Below are positions 48,749 through 58,250 of a DNA stretch of 64,000 nucleotides, piece by piece. The stretch is from the NCBI GenBank assembly GCA_036821145.1, contig DAISJZ010000003.1, positions 16,587-80,586 of the forward strand, in the 5' to 3' direction. Origin of the DNA: Spirochaetota bacterium. GTDB lineage: Bacteria; Spirochaetota; UBA4802; UBA5550. Position numbers and translations under genes: made by a program. Position 1 is the first letter of the stretch. Each line of letters begins with the position of its first letter. The notes under the pieces were generated by a model. It was not told the origin of the DNA. It made no database searches and was given only the letters and a program-made list of their open reading frames with translations.

Positions 48749-49816
48749 CTACTTAATTGTCTTCAGGAGAGCGTCAATTTCGGCTTTTTTAAGGGCCTCG
48801 ATTATTTCGCTTATCTCACCCTCCATTACTTTATCAAGTGAATATAGCGTAAGGCCGATCCTGTGGTCTGTCATACGGGACTGGGGATAATTATATGTCC
48901 TTATTCTTTCACTCCTGTCGCCTGAGCCCACCTGGGATCTCCGCATCTCGGACTCCTTGGCCATCCTCTCATCAGTCATCTTTTCCAGGAGACGCGCTTT
49001 AAGAACACGGAGCGCTTTAGCCTTGTTCTTTATCTGCGATTTTTCATCCTGGCATGTGACAACCATACCTGTAGGTATATGGGTAATCCTTACAGCGGAA
49101 TCAGTAGTGTTTACAGACTGGCCGCCGTGTCCTGATGACCTGTAAACATCCGTGCGGATATCATTAGGATCAATATCTATTTCATCCTCTTCTGCTTCAG
49201 GGAGAACAGCAACTGTTACTGCGGAAGTGTGAATCCTTCCGCTTGCCTCTGTTTCCGGTACACGCTGAACCCTGTGTACGCCGGATTCAAATTTAAGGTG
49301 GTCATAAACCTCCGGGCTTTTAATCGAAAAGGAGACCTCCTTGTACCCGCCGAGTTCATTGGTGTTAGCCTCAAGGAGTTCCACCTTCCACCCCTTTACT
49401 TCAGCGTAGCGTGTGTACATCCTGAAAAGATCAGTGGCAAAGAGAGCTGCCTCGTCACCACCTGTGCCTGCACGGATCTCCATGATTACGTCTTTCCCGG
49501 AATTGGGATCTTTCGGAAGGAGCATGATAAGGAGCTTTTCGTTAAGGTCATCGATCTTCTGCTGAAGGTCTGCGATCTCCTCCTGAAGCATCTCCTTCAT
49601 TTCAGGATCTTTTTCTGTTTCAATCAGCTCTTTGCTGTCTTTAAGGGATTTTGTGAGATTCAGGTATTCATTATATCTTGTTACAACAGGGGATAGCTGT
49701 GAGTGCTCCTTGTTCAGTTCTCTGAACATCTTCTGATCAGCAATTGTTTCAGGATCGCTGAGCTGCCGCTCGATCTCTTCGAACCTAACTTTTATACTGT
49801 CAAGTTTACCTTCCAT
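48749..49816 (-). CDS. prfA: Peptide chain release factor 1
   Basis: GGQ motif ([12 protein letters not shown]) and an RF1-type tripeptide region [14 protein letters not shown] (PxT). Start placed at [14 protein letters not shown] (49816); the ORF-track extension to 49909 runs into tRNA-Arg. Confidence 0.95.
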   Translation of the reverse strand: MEGKLDSIKVRFEEIERQLSDPETIADQKMFRELNKEHSQLSPVVTRYNEYLNLTKSLKDSKELIETEKDPEMKEMLQEEIADLQQKIDDLNEKLLIMLLPKDPNSGKDVIMEIRAGTGGDEAALFATDLFRMYTRYAEVKGWKVELLEANTNELGGYKEVSFSIKSPEVYDHLKFESGVHRVQRVPETEASGRIHTSAVTVAVLPEAEEDEIDIDPNDIRTDVYRSSGHGGQSVNTTDSAVRITHIPTGMVVTCQDEKSQIKNKAKALRVLKARLLEKMTDERMAKESEMRRSQVGSGDRSERIRTYNYPQSRMTDHRIGLTLYSLDKVMEGEISEIIEALKKAEIDALLKTIK

Positions 49817-49879
49817 ATACTGCCTCTGAATAAAAAAATAAGCGGTTTCACCCGCTTTATTTTTTTTTATCGTTTTGTG

Positions 49880-49953
49880 CGCTCCCGGGAGGACTCGAAC
49901 CACCGACACACGGTTTAGGAAACCGCTGCTCTATCCACCTGAGCTACGGGAGC
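49880..49953 (-). tRNA. tRNA-Arg (anticodon CCU)
   Basis: Reverse complement: GCTCCCG-TA-GCTC-AGGTGGATA-GAGC-A-GCGGT-TTCCTAA-ACCGT-GTGTC-GGTGG-TTCGAGT-CCTCC-CGGGAGC-G. This folds as a cloverleaf with one U-U mismatch in the T stem. CCA is not encoded. Confidence 0.85.
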
Positions 49954-49976
49954 GTTATTTTCTGGATTTTACACCT

Positions 49977-50624
49977 TTACGAGTAGAGATTTTTCCTTCT
50001 GGAAGTAACCACTCTCTGGAAGTCACGGATGTTTTTTACAACAATCCTGTCCTCGAATAAGTCAATTTTGTCAACACGTGCCAGATGTGTCAACTCTTTT
50101 TGAGCTTCTGACTCCGCCATCCCTGCCCAGCTTGCAACCTGGCGAGCTGTTGTGTTCAGAGTAATCTCCCCTTCAAAGTCGAACTGCTGGTTCTGCTCCG
50201 CCAGCATAATCAGAACATCCATGACTTTTACCGAAGGCTCCTCAAGGAGTAATATCATAAGGCGCCTCTTCTGGTCATATATCCTCTTTGAAAAAATAAG
50301 GAGCAGTTTATATGCCAGCTGCGGGTTGCCCGCAAGGAGAGCGTCAAAATTATCCCTGTGAAATTTAAGCACCCTCACATTATCAATTGCAATAACTGTT
50401 GCAGACCTGGGCTGCTCTTCAAGAATCGCCATTTCGCCGAAAACATCCCCTGGTCCCAGGACATCAATGGTCTTTTCCCTGTCATTAATAATCTTAACGA
50501 TCCTGACTTTACCCTTCTGGATAAAGTAGAACTCATAGCCCGGCTCATATTCGCAGAAAATTATCTGGTTAGGGGAGTATTCAACTCCGAAACGGCCGAA
50601 AAATTTTTCATCCAGTTCAAGCAT
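49977..50624 (-). CDS. Crp/Fnr family transcriptional regulator (cNMP-binding domain plus HTH)
   Basis: cNMP-binding beta-roll (FIQKGKVRIVK...GPGDVFGEMAILE...RSATVIA) and a C-terminal HTH (TARQVASWAGMAESEAQKELTHLARVDKI). Confidence 0.8.
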   Translation of the reverse strand: MLELDEKFFGRFGVEYSPNQIIFCEYEPGYEFYFIQKGKVRIVKIINDREKTIDVLGPGDVFGEMAILEEQPRSATVIAIDNVRVLKFHRDNFDALLAGNPQLAYKLLLIFSKRIYDQKRRLMILLLEEPSVKVMDVLIMLAEQNQQFDFEGEITLNTTARQVASWAGMAESEAQKELTHLARVDKIDLFEDRIVVKNIRDFQRVVTSRRKNLYS

Positions 50625-50630
50625 AGTCTC

Positions 50631-51833
50631 TTACCGTCCTCTCTGGAGGGCTTTAATTTTATCCATGGCCATGCCGTTCAGGGAATCACTGGGGGTAATG
50701 TTAAGCACTTTATTATAATATGTAATGGCCTTATCCTTCTGTCCCGCTGCTTCAAATATCTGGCCGGCATAAAAAACCGCACCTTTATATTTTTCAGAAT
50801 CCCCTCTGTTCTTTATAATTTCAGCAAAGAGGTTCATCGATTCCTTGAATTTTTTCATTTCATAGTAACAGACACCGGCATAAAAATGCGAATCAACAAA
50901 ATATTTAAGATCTCCATTTTTTGCCGGTTCTCCATCATCGAGGATACCCTGAAATATTTCAAGAGCACCGGGATAATTCTGCCGTTTAAAAAGAGATTCC
51001 CCCTCATCAAACCTCGGTTTCAAACCTGGAGACGCCGCAGGGGAACTGTCGAGATCAAAATCGCCAAAATCATCGAGAGAACTGTCATCTGAAAGAAAAT
51101 CATCCATTTCGCTGGAAAATTCAGTGGCAATAGCGGGATCAGATTTCACCTGAGGAGCAGGCACCGGTGCAGGTTTAGCCTTGGGAACCGGCGCTTCATC
51201 AAAGGTAAACATATCATCAGAATCGCTCTCCATGGAAAAATCCCCGAGATCATCACCGGAACCTCCGCCTGAAGGTATCGGGCCTCCGGAATTGATGGTT
51301 TTAATCCTCTCCATTGCTATTCTTGAGTACTCAGTCCCGGGATAGTATTCCAGGTATTTTTTAAATGCGTAGGTGGCTTTATTAAAATCTCCAGCCTTGA
51401 AGTAGTGCTCCCCGATACGGAAGAGCTCAAGGTCAGGATTAACATTTTCGCTTTCACCAAGAACTGTGCGGACAGTCTTGCCTATTCTCCGGAGCTGGTT
51501 GCTGAATACGCGAAGCATCTTTCGTACAACATTGACATTGCGGAGGATCATCCTCTCAAAATCACCAAGGGTCAGCACAAGTACAACTGTTTCACCGATA
51601 GTCTGGGCGGTCTCCTCACGGGGATACTTTCCGAGAGCGGATTTTACGCCGAAGAATTCACCCTGGCGCACCTCCTCCTTGACCTCCTCCCCTGTATCAA
51701 TCTTGACATAGGTAAGGAGAACCCTCCCTGTTTTCAGTATATAAACATACTCGCTCTTGTCCCCTTCAAAATATATGATGGAGCCTGCTTTGTATGATCT
51801 GGGTCTGATTCCGCCCTGCATACCGTTAGTCAT
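50631..51833 (-). CDS. Cyclic-nucleotide-binding domain protein with TPR repeats and an acidic linker
   Basis: N-terminus YKAGSIIYFEGDKSEYVYILKTGRV...GEFFGVKSALG (cNMP-binding). TPR-like helices on both sides of a D/S/P-rich low-complexity linker. Confidence 0.7.
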   Translation of the reverse strand: MTNGMQGGIRPRSYKAGSIIYFEGDKSEYVYILKTGRVLLTYVKIDTGEEVKEEVRQGEFFGVKSALGKYPREETAQTIGETVVLVLTLGDFERMILRNVNVVRKMLRVFSNQLRRIGKTVRTVLGESENVNPDLELFRIGEHYFKAGDFNKATYAFKKYLEYYPGTEYSRIAMERIKTINSGGPIPSGGGSGDDLGDFSMESDSDDMFTFDEAPVPKAKPAPVPAPQVKSDPAIATEFSSEMDDFLSDDSSLDDFGDFDLDSSPAASPGLKPRFDEGESLFKRQNYPGALEIFQGILDDGEPAKNGDLKYFVDSHFYAGVCYYEMKKFKESMNLFAEIIKNRGDSEKYKGAVFYAGQIFEAAGQKDKAITYYNKVLNITPSDSLNGMAMDKIKALQRGR

Positions 51834-51842
51834 ATAACCCCT

Positions 51843-53063
51843 TTAGAATTCAACTGGCATGAACGGGAACTCTTTTTTGAATCCCACTGCCCTGCTTATT
51901 CTTTTCAGCAGCCCTTTAAGATCGCCGATTATCACTTTTTCAACGCCGTCCATAACAACTTCCTGATACTGCACATTGAGAGAATCAAAGAGTTCAGCAA
52001 ATTCAATGTCTCCATAAGCCGGAAGGCCATTTATGACCACAAGCATAATGTCTTTCAGATTTGCTGAAACAACTGAATTTATATAGGAGCCTCCCCTGTC
52101 CTTTACAACAACAAAGTCGGCAATATTTCCATCCTTAATTGTCCCTGAATCGTACAGCCTGAATCCCTTTGCGGGATTAACCGTTACCATTCTGTATATA
52201 GTTTCGTCAGGGAGTTCTTCGCCATAAAGCTTTTTATAAAGCTTTTTATCAAATTTCATCTCGTAAAGAAGATTCTCCCCTCCTGACATAGGTGAGTCAG
52301 TTCCTATGCAGATATTAATCTTCCGCTCAAGCATCTCTTTGATTTTTGCAGTGCGGTTATACATAAATATATTGGAATCGCCGCACCAGACAACAGTCGC
52401 GCCCCGCTTTTTAACAAGGTCCATATCACTCTCTGAAAAGGCCAGGCAGTGAATCAGCACTGAATGATCACCCAGCCCCCCTTTTCTGTCAAGAGTCACA
52501 ATATCCTGTTCAGTTTCGCTGTCAAAACCTTCAGAAACATGAGTAATAAAAGGAATATCAAGTTCAACCGCCTGTTTATACTCCTTATCTATATCATCCC
52601 CCCATTTAAGAGCAAAGGAATTGACAGAATGCGCAAGAGTATACTCCCTGATTGCTTTTACCGGAAGAATATCGTAATAAGGTTCAGCGACAAAATGGGG
52701 CATATGGTCTGAGACTACAGTAACACCTGAGATAAGATTTTTATATGCAGCAAGCATGTAAAGATCACGGTTTTCAATCTGCGATCTTTCCTGGTAGAGC
52801 GGAGAGCTTTTCAGGTCATTGTCCCAGGGGAGCCAGTTGACATAGTTCCCTGTACCGACTTTCGGGTAGTAGTTCCCCAGAAGATGGTCGTGCGCGTTAA
52901 TAAGTCCCGCAGAGATAATACCTCTTGTTGTTATATTTATACTGCTGCTGATCTCTTTCTTTGATACAAGGGTAATTCTCCCGTTCTCAATCTGTATATT
53001 GACCTTCTCGGATGTATCATCAGGATTCAGGATTGCAGCACCTGAGAGAACCCATTTTTTCAT
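51843..53063 (-). CDS. Amidohydrolase superfamily protein
   Basis: GLINAHDHL (HxH metal ligands), and the later motifs HVSE, HC and GTDS fit the metal-dependent amidohydrolase/chlorohydrolase fold. Confidence 0.75.
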   Translation of the reverse strand: MKKWVLSGAAILNPDDTSEKVNIQIENGRITLVSKKEISSSINITTRGIISAGLINAHDHLLGNYYPKVGTGNYVNWLPWDNDLKSSPLYQERSQIENRDLYMLAAYKNLISGVTVVSDHMPHFVAEPYYDILPVKAIREYTLAHSVNSFALKWGDDIDKEYKQAVELDIPFITHVSEGFDSETEQDIVTLDRKGGLGDHSVLIHCLAFSESDMDLVKKRGATVVWCGDSNIFMYNRTAKIKEMLERKINICIGTDSPMSGGENLLYEMKFDKKLYKKLYGEELPDETIYRMVTVNPAKGFRLYDSGTIKDGNIADFVVVKDRGGSYINSVVSANLKDIMLVVINGLPAYGDIEFAELFDSLNVQYQEVVMDGVEKVIIGDLKGLLKRISRAVGFKKEFPFMPVEF

Positions 53064-53255
53064 TATCAGATCCTTATTGAAAAATTTTAAAAAAGCTGAA
53101 TACCTTTAATAACCTTATATAATTAAATAATGCGGATAAAGCAAAAAGTTACATAGATAAGGAGGCCGGATGCTTACCCCCAATTTATAATAATTAGAAT
53201 AGCAAAAAATCAAAGTCAAGCAAAATAACAGGTTTAACAAAACGTTCAATTCCTC

Positions 53256-54152
53256 TTAACCCCTTCCAGGCAGGTGTTTCAGAGGATTTTCCGGTTTACC
53301 GGCATGACCAATCTGAAAATGGAGAGTTCTGTCGCTGCTTAAAGTCCCTATTACCCTCCCCTTTGACACAGAGGTCCCCTCCTTCACATATATATTAGAA
53401 AGATTTGAATATACAGTTACATATCTCCCTTCATGACTGATAGCCACATACCTGCCGTAGCCCCTCATATATCCGACTTTTTTTACAACGCCTTCTAAAG
53501 AGGCAACAACATCACCTTCAGGCGTTCCCGTTATAAATATACCTATGGATTTAATATCTTCACTGCCGTCTCTGCGATAATTGTTCACTTTTTTTAACGG
53601 CCATGAAAATCTACCGGATAATCCGGAACTTTTGGCTGATTTCGGAGCTTTTTCTGATTTGAATGATTTATTATTCGTACAGTATTTCCCGGATAAACTG
53701 CTGCTTTTGCATGTTTCAATCTTCAGCTTCATCCCTGCATTGATTCTATTGCCATTGATTCTATTCATACTGATAATTGAATCAACGCCGGCACCTGTCT
53801 TTCTGGAGATACCATATAAAGTGTCCCCCTTTTTCACAGTATATACAGTTATTCTGCAGTTATTCCCTCTTTTTTTGTTATCAGGGTATTTAACTTCAAC
53901 GGAGCCATTTGAAACAGAAGCTGCCCGGCTGTCATCATTGTTACAGGATGACTTCCCGGAGTTACCTTCCGGTGTTATGTCTCTATCCCCTCTTCCCCCC
54001 CTTGACTCATACGATGCGCCGTATGTATACCCCCCTCTGTCTGTCTTTGCCTGATTCTTTACTGTTTTAGCCGAAAGATCAGATTCCCCCCCTGCTAAAA
54101 GGAGAAGAGCAATGACAGCAGAGCAGAATATTAAGAGAGAACTCTGCCGCAC
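53256..54152 (-). CDS. LysM domain / degenerate M23 (LytM) protein, NlpD-like
   Basis: Signal peptide. LysM domain YTVKKGDTLYGISRKTGAGVDSIISMNRI. The C-terminal LytM fold (YVAISHEGRYVTVYSNLS...GRVIGTL...LHFQIGH) lacks the usual His of the YxHL motif, suggesting a non-catalytic activator type. Confidence 0.7.
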   Translation of the reverse strand: MRQSSLLIFCSAVIALLLLAGGESDLSAKTVKNQAKTDRGGYTYGASYESRGGRGDRDITPEGNSGKSSCNNDDSRAASVSNGSVEVKYPDNKKRGNNCRITVYTVKKGDTLYGISRKTGAGVDSIISMNRINGNRINAGMKLKIETCKSSSLSGKYCTNNKSFKSEKAPKSAKSSGLSGRFSWPLKKVNNYRRDGSEDIKSIGIFITGTPEGDVVASLEGVVKKVGYMRGYGRYVAISHEGRYVTVYSNLSNIYVKEGTSVSKGRVIGTLSSDRTLHFQIGHAGKPENPLKHLPGRG

Positions 54153-54434
54153 GTTTTATTAACCTCATTTGCCCGTTTAGAGCGTATTTACCCTTATTCT
54201 TAATATCGAAAGAACGCTCTTTATAGTTTAGCAAATTTTTTTAAAAAAATTAAAATAAGCAGAAAATATCTCATAATGCTTCAGAATAATAACTATGAAT
54301 AAATCAGAAGGGATTAAAAATTGAGGTGAATACGGATATATATAACTGAATCCCGTTATCTCTTCAGTTATATTGTATCACGGGATATTCCTTTTTCAGG
54401 AAAACCAGTGAGAGCCGCGGCTTAATTGCGTTTT

Positions 54435-54863
54435 TTAAACGTTGAGGTTGGTTTCTGTGGATGCTATTACAAATTTTCCATGCTTCACATTTTTTATAGA
54501 GAGTATCTGGTCAGCGATGGTTTTCAGCTGCCCGGCTTTTCCTTTTAATATAAGAACTTCAAGACAGTTGTGGGCGTCGAGATGTATATGAGTTGTTGAT
54601 ATTATATTTCCGAAATAGTCGTGCTGTACATTGTTGAGTTTGTCCGATATATCACCATGATGGTGATTATAGACCATTGTAAGAGTTCCGAATGATTCCG
54701 CTTCAGGATCTTCAATCTGGTGAGCAACAAGCATATCTCTTATAAGATCTCTGATGGCTTCAGACCTGTTGACATATCCTTTTTCAGTAATCAGACTGTC
54801 AAACCTACCCAGAAGCCTTTCTTCAATAGATACCCCGAATCTTACTATGTTTTTTTCGATCAT
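54435..54863 (-). CDS. nikR: Nickel-responsive transcriptional regulator
   Basis: N-terminal ribbon-helix-helix (VRFGVSIEERLLGRFDSLITEKGYVNRSEAIRDLIR). The C-terminal metal site has the pattern HHHGD...THIHLDAHNCLEVLILKG. Confidence 0.85.
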   Translation of the reverse strand: MIEKNIVRFGVSIEERLLGRFDSLITEKGYVNRSEAIRDLIRDMLVAHQIEDPEAESFGTLTMVYNHHHGDISDKLNNVQHDYFGNIISTTHIHLDAHNCLEVLILKGKAGQLKTIADQILSIKNVKHGKFVIASTETNLNV

Positions 54864-55063
54864 TAAAATTCTCCCTTTTGATGCTGAACCATTTTATACA
54901 ATGCCGACTATATTAGCACAATAAAAAAATAGTGAAGATGACACTCTTTAATGAATTTTTATTTAATTGACTTAAAATCTCCCCCTGATATTTTTCAAAA
55001 TGAAAGGGCATCTCTCCGGATGTGCAACAATGCCCCGGCACTGGTCTTTAAAGGAGCTTTTTT

Positions 55064-55801
55064 TTGAGCAAAACAGATCCATACACAGGGATTGCCGAAG
55101 CATATGACTATATTCTTCGACATGTTGATTACCAGAAATGGTTTGAATTTATATATGAAACAATGATAATTTACTGTAACGCGCCTGAGACTGTTCTTGA
55201 ACTTGGCTGCGGCACAGGAAAATTCGGCGCAAAATTCTCTTCAAACAATTTAAGTATTGTGGGCATAGATAAGTCCATGGAGATGTTAGGTGTCGCAAAA
55301 ACCCGGGCTTTCAGAAACTTCAGGATATTATGTTCAGACATCCGAAATTTTGTTCTTAAGCAGAAATTTGATTTTATATTCTGCGTTCATGACACAATGA
55401 ATTACCTGCTGGACAAGGATGACATCCGATCTGTTTTCAAATCAGTAAAAAATGTTATGCATAAAGGATCAATTTTCATGTTCGATATTACCACAGAACA
55501 TAACATCGAGAGATTCTTTAACAATAAAACCTCTTTTTATAAAACACGGGGCCTTCATATAGAATGGAATAATACCTATGACCGGGATAAAAAAATTATA
55601 CGGTCATACTTCACCACAACAGACAGAGATGGATCTATCCACAAAGAGGAACATGTTCAGCAGATTTACTCCGTTGAAGAGATTTCTGAAATCCTTGAGT
55701 CTGAAGGTTTCAGTATTCTGCATGTATGCAGTGATTACACGTTTAATCCGCCGTCAGCTGACACAGTGATGATAAATTTTATAACAGAAAAGAAAAACTG
55801 A
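55064..55801 (+). CDS. Class I SAM-dependent methyltransferase
   Basis: VLELGCGTGKF motif I. TTG start preceded by AAGGAG 6 nt upstream. Confidence 0.8.
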   Translation: MSKTDPYTGIAEAYDYILRHVDYQKWFEFIYETMIIYCNAPETVLELGCGTGKFGAKFSSNNLSIVGIDKSMEMLGVAKTRAFRNFRILCSDIRNFVLKQKFDFIFCVHDTMNYLLDKDDIRSVFKSVKNVMHKGSIFMFDITTEHNIERFFNNKTSFYKTRGLHIEWNNTYDRDKKIIRSYFTTTDRDGSIHKEEHVQQIYSVEEISEILESEGFSILHVCSDYTFNPPSADTVMINFITEKKN

Positions 55802-55802
55802 A

Positions 55803-56150
55803 ATGAGTATACTACTTTATTTTGCCGGCCTTGTGATAGGAATTGCCGCATTCCTATATGTCTATGCACTGATTGCTGACAGTAAAGAAAAAATTAAAAG
55901 CCTTGGCACTCCAAAAGAACCTGCCGCGATTCAGAATGTTGACAGCGGAACAATCGGTTTCCGCAACAGACCTGCTCTTGCTCCTGGAACAAGGATATGC
56001 CCGCTGTGCGGTTCATCTCTCACAAAATATGAAGGGCTTTATGCTTCGAAAGTCATGGAACGCGGAAGTGAAAAACTTATAATAATGGGCTGCAGGTATT
56101 GCTACAGGGAGAATGAAGATCCGGAAAAACCGAAAAAATCGACGATGTAG
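55803..56150 (+). CDS. Small membrane-anchored zinc-ribbon protein
   Basis: N-terminal TM helix, then CPLCGS...GCRYC (two CxxC pairs). Starts 1 nt after the methyltransferase stop. Confidence 0.45.
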   Translation: MSILLYFAGLVIGIAAFLYVYALIADSKEKIKSLGTPKEPAAIQNVDSGTIGFRNRPALAPGTRICPLCGSSLTKYEGLYASKVMERGSEKLIIMGCRYCYRENEDPEKPKKSTM

Positions 56151-56220
56151 GCAATGTGTTCCCGCAAACCTCTTAAACCTCAGAACTTAAAAATTTTTTT
56201 ACACAGATAAACACTGATAT

Positions 56221-56280
56221 GACAGATGAACACAGGTATTATATGTGATAATAATTAAGGAATCTGTGTCCATCTGTGTC
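56221..56280. repeat. Inverted repeat GACAGATGAACACAG ... CTGTGTCCATCTGTGTC between convergent genes
   Basis: 13 of 15 positions are complementary, with a 28-nt AT-rich loop. An additional ACACAGATAAACAC direct copy sits at 56201. It is followed by TGATTATTTTTT on the plus strand. Confidence 0.45.
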
Positions 56281-56295
56281 TGATTATTTTTTCTT

Positions 56296-57234
56296 CTAAA
56301 ACTTCAGGAATCCTCCGAATACCCAGCCCTTATTGCCGTTCCAATCAACCTCATACCATGAAGAGGTTTTACCGGCAATGGTCTCCTCAAGGGTTCCTTT
56401 ATTTAAAATTTTAACACTGGAACCGTTTGGAATAACAACAATAGATTTTGATGAAGTTCCGGGCTGCTCTCTCATTGTAAGGCCTGCTGCCGCCTCAACT
56501 GTTCCCTCCTGAAATGCAGGCCCGCCGCCGTCCATAGCACTGCCGGAATCATCAGTGCCCTCTCCGGAATTTCCCGCGATTATGTTTTTTGCCGCTTCAG
56601 AAAAAATTCCTGATGATTCAGAGAGCTCTTTTAATAGAGCAAGTGCCTGTGACTTCTGATCAGGCTTTGATTTGCTGTCTTTAAGTACAGCAGATGCTTC
56701 CTCAAAATTTTTAGCATCCTGTATCCTTGCATCTTCTGATGAATAACCGCCATTTACCCACTGTTTTGTTATCCACTTGCCGTCAATCTGCCCCACGTAA
56801 ACCTGTGCCCAGTCCCCCATCTCCTGAACTACAAAACCAATCGTTCCTTTAGGTATAACAGCATATACCTTACTTGAAGCATTATTCCTAACATAGGCTT
56901 TTGTATCCTCCATAAAAACAACAGGCTTATCCGCAAGGTTTTTATTATTGATATACATTATTGTGCCGTCAGAAAGTTTTACCTTGGCCACTTCTGTTTC
57001 AGCCCCTTTTACCTGGAGCTTTATGGTTTCAAGAAGAGTAACCGGTTCAGTTTTGGAGAGATTAGAGCCCCAGGTCTTCAGATCCTGATCTTTAAAAACA
57101 GAGACTGTTGCCCTTGCATATTTAACAGGGCCTTCTGACAGGTTTAAACCCGGCTTATCGGCTCCACTTTTACCGCAGGCTAAAAGAGCTGCCAGTGAAA
57201 TTGCTGAGATTATTATAACAGCTTTTTGCTTCAT
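56296..57234 (-). CDS. Lipoprotein with bacterial SH3-like domains
   Basis: Lipobox LLACG. The C-terminus has the SH3b pattern (TSSWYEVDWNGNKGWVFGGFL), and an internal segment resembles it (WAQVYVGQIDGKWITKQWV). Confidence 0.55.
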   Translation of the reverse strand: MKQKAVIIISAISLAALLACGKSGADKPGLNLSEGPVKYARATVSVFKDQDLKTWGSNLSKTEPVTLLETIKLQVKGAETEVAKVKLSDGTIMYINNKNLADKPVVFMEDTKAYVRNNASSKVYAVIPKGTIGFVVQEMGDWAQVYVGQIDGKWITKQWVNGGYSSEDARIQDAKNFEEASAVLKDSKSKPDQKSQALALLKELSESSGIFSEAAKNIIAGNSGEGTDDSGSAMDGGGPAFQEGTVEAAAGLTMREQPGTSSKSIVVIPNGSSVKILNKGTLEETIAGKTSSWYEVDWNGNKGWVFGGFLKF

Positions 57235-57374
57235 GAATACGCTCCTGATGTAATTATTGTTATAACAAAACCAGAAAGCGACTGGCTGGTATCACTTTCT
57301 TTTTACAATTTGTTATTTTATGTAAGTATAATTCAAAAATAAATCATGTCAATTTATTTGCTCTCATGGCAGAA

Positions 57375-57402
57375 TAAAAAAAGGCCCCCTTGCGGGAGCC
57401 CC
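57375..57402 (-). terminator. Rho-independent terminator of the fdh operon
   Basis: The minus strand reads GGGGCUCCC-GCAA-GGGGGCC, followed immediately by UUUUUUUAUU. Confidence 0.75.
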
Positions 57403-57426
57403 TTTAATGTTATATAAAAATTTTCT

Positions 57427-58239
57427 CTATGCGTCTTTTGAAATAGACTTTGCTGCTTTGTACGCGAATCTCTTAAGAGCAGGGACACCCATTGTTGCAG
57501 TAGAAAGGAGAGCATAAACATCTTTTGTATGCTCAGCTTTTACATGGTCAACCTTAGGAGGATTAACCGGAAGGTCATACTTCTCAGGCTTGTCCCTGAG
57601 CACAGTAATTACTCCGAGTCCGCCATACTGGTCAAGACCGTATATGCTTGCATTGGGGTAACCGTCCGCCTTAAGCTCTTTCACACGCTTCTGCGCGTAA
57701 TCAATCATCTTGTTCCTGTAATCATAAAGAAGGGCTCCTGATGGGCATACAGTTACGCATGCAGGTATCTCCCTTTCATTCTGTGTACAGGCATTACATT
57801 TGTGAGACCTGTCCTTCACTATTATATGCTGACCGGCATCATTTTTATGGTGTATTTCAGCAATTTCAGGAACATTATATACACATGCATGCACGCAGGC
57901 ACCGCAGCCTATACACTTATCCTGATCTATCACTGTCCAGCCGTCCTTCTTGTATATAGCCTTCTCAGGGCACACTGCCATACAGTTGGCCTCTGCACAG
58001 TGAAAACATTTTTTATGCATAATCGTCCATATGGGACGTGTTTCATTACTTCTGTCTATAGGGAAGAATATTACATGGTTCCATGTAATGGCAGAAAGTT
58101 TTCCCGGGTTTGTATATTCAGGACCCGCAAAAAATTCTGTTTTCTCACCCGGCAGACCATTCCACTGTTTGCAGGCAACCTGGCATGCTCTGCACCCCTG
58201 GCATTTTGATGTATCAACTAAAAACGCTTTTTCAGCCAT
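57427..58239 (-). CDS. fdhB: Formate dehydrogenase iron-sulfur (beta) subunit, 4Fe-4S dicluster family
   Basis: Multiple ferredoxin motifs (CQGCRACQVAC, CFHCAEANCMAVCP, CIGCGACVHAC, CNAC...CVTVCP). Begins 12 nt after the alpha subunit. Confidence 0.85.
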   Translation of the reverse strand: MAEKAFLVDTSKCQGCRACQVACKQWNGLPGEKTEFFAGPEYTNPGKLSAITWNHVIFFPIDRSNETRPIWTIMHKKCFHCAEANCMAVCPEKAIYKKDGWTVIDQDKCIGCGACVHACVYNVPEIAEIHHKNDAGQHIIVKDRSHKCNACTQNEREIPACVTVCPSGALLYDYRNKMIDYAQKRVKELKADGYPNASIYGLDQYGGLGVITVLRDKPEKYDLPVNPPKVDHVKAEHTKDVYALLSTATMGVPALKRFAYKAAKSISKDA

Positions 58240-58250
58240 GACCTACCCCC

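Noticed and set aside
49817-49909. ORF-track N-terminal extension of prfA
   Set aside because: The extension overlaps the tRNA-Arg(CCU) gene (49880..49953). RF1 homologues begin near MEGKLDSI.
50358-51092. 244 aa plus-strand ORF across the crp-like and cNMP-TPR genes
   Set aside because: It is antisense to two CDSs with clear cNMP-binding motifs and spans their junction.
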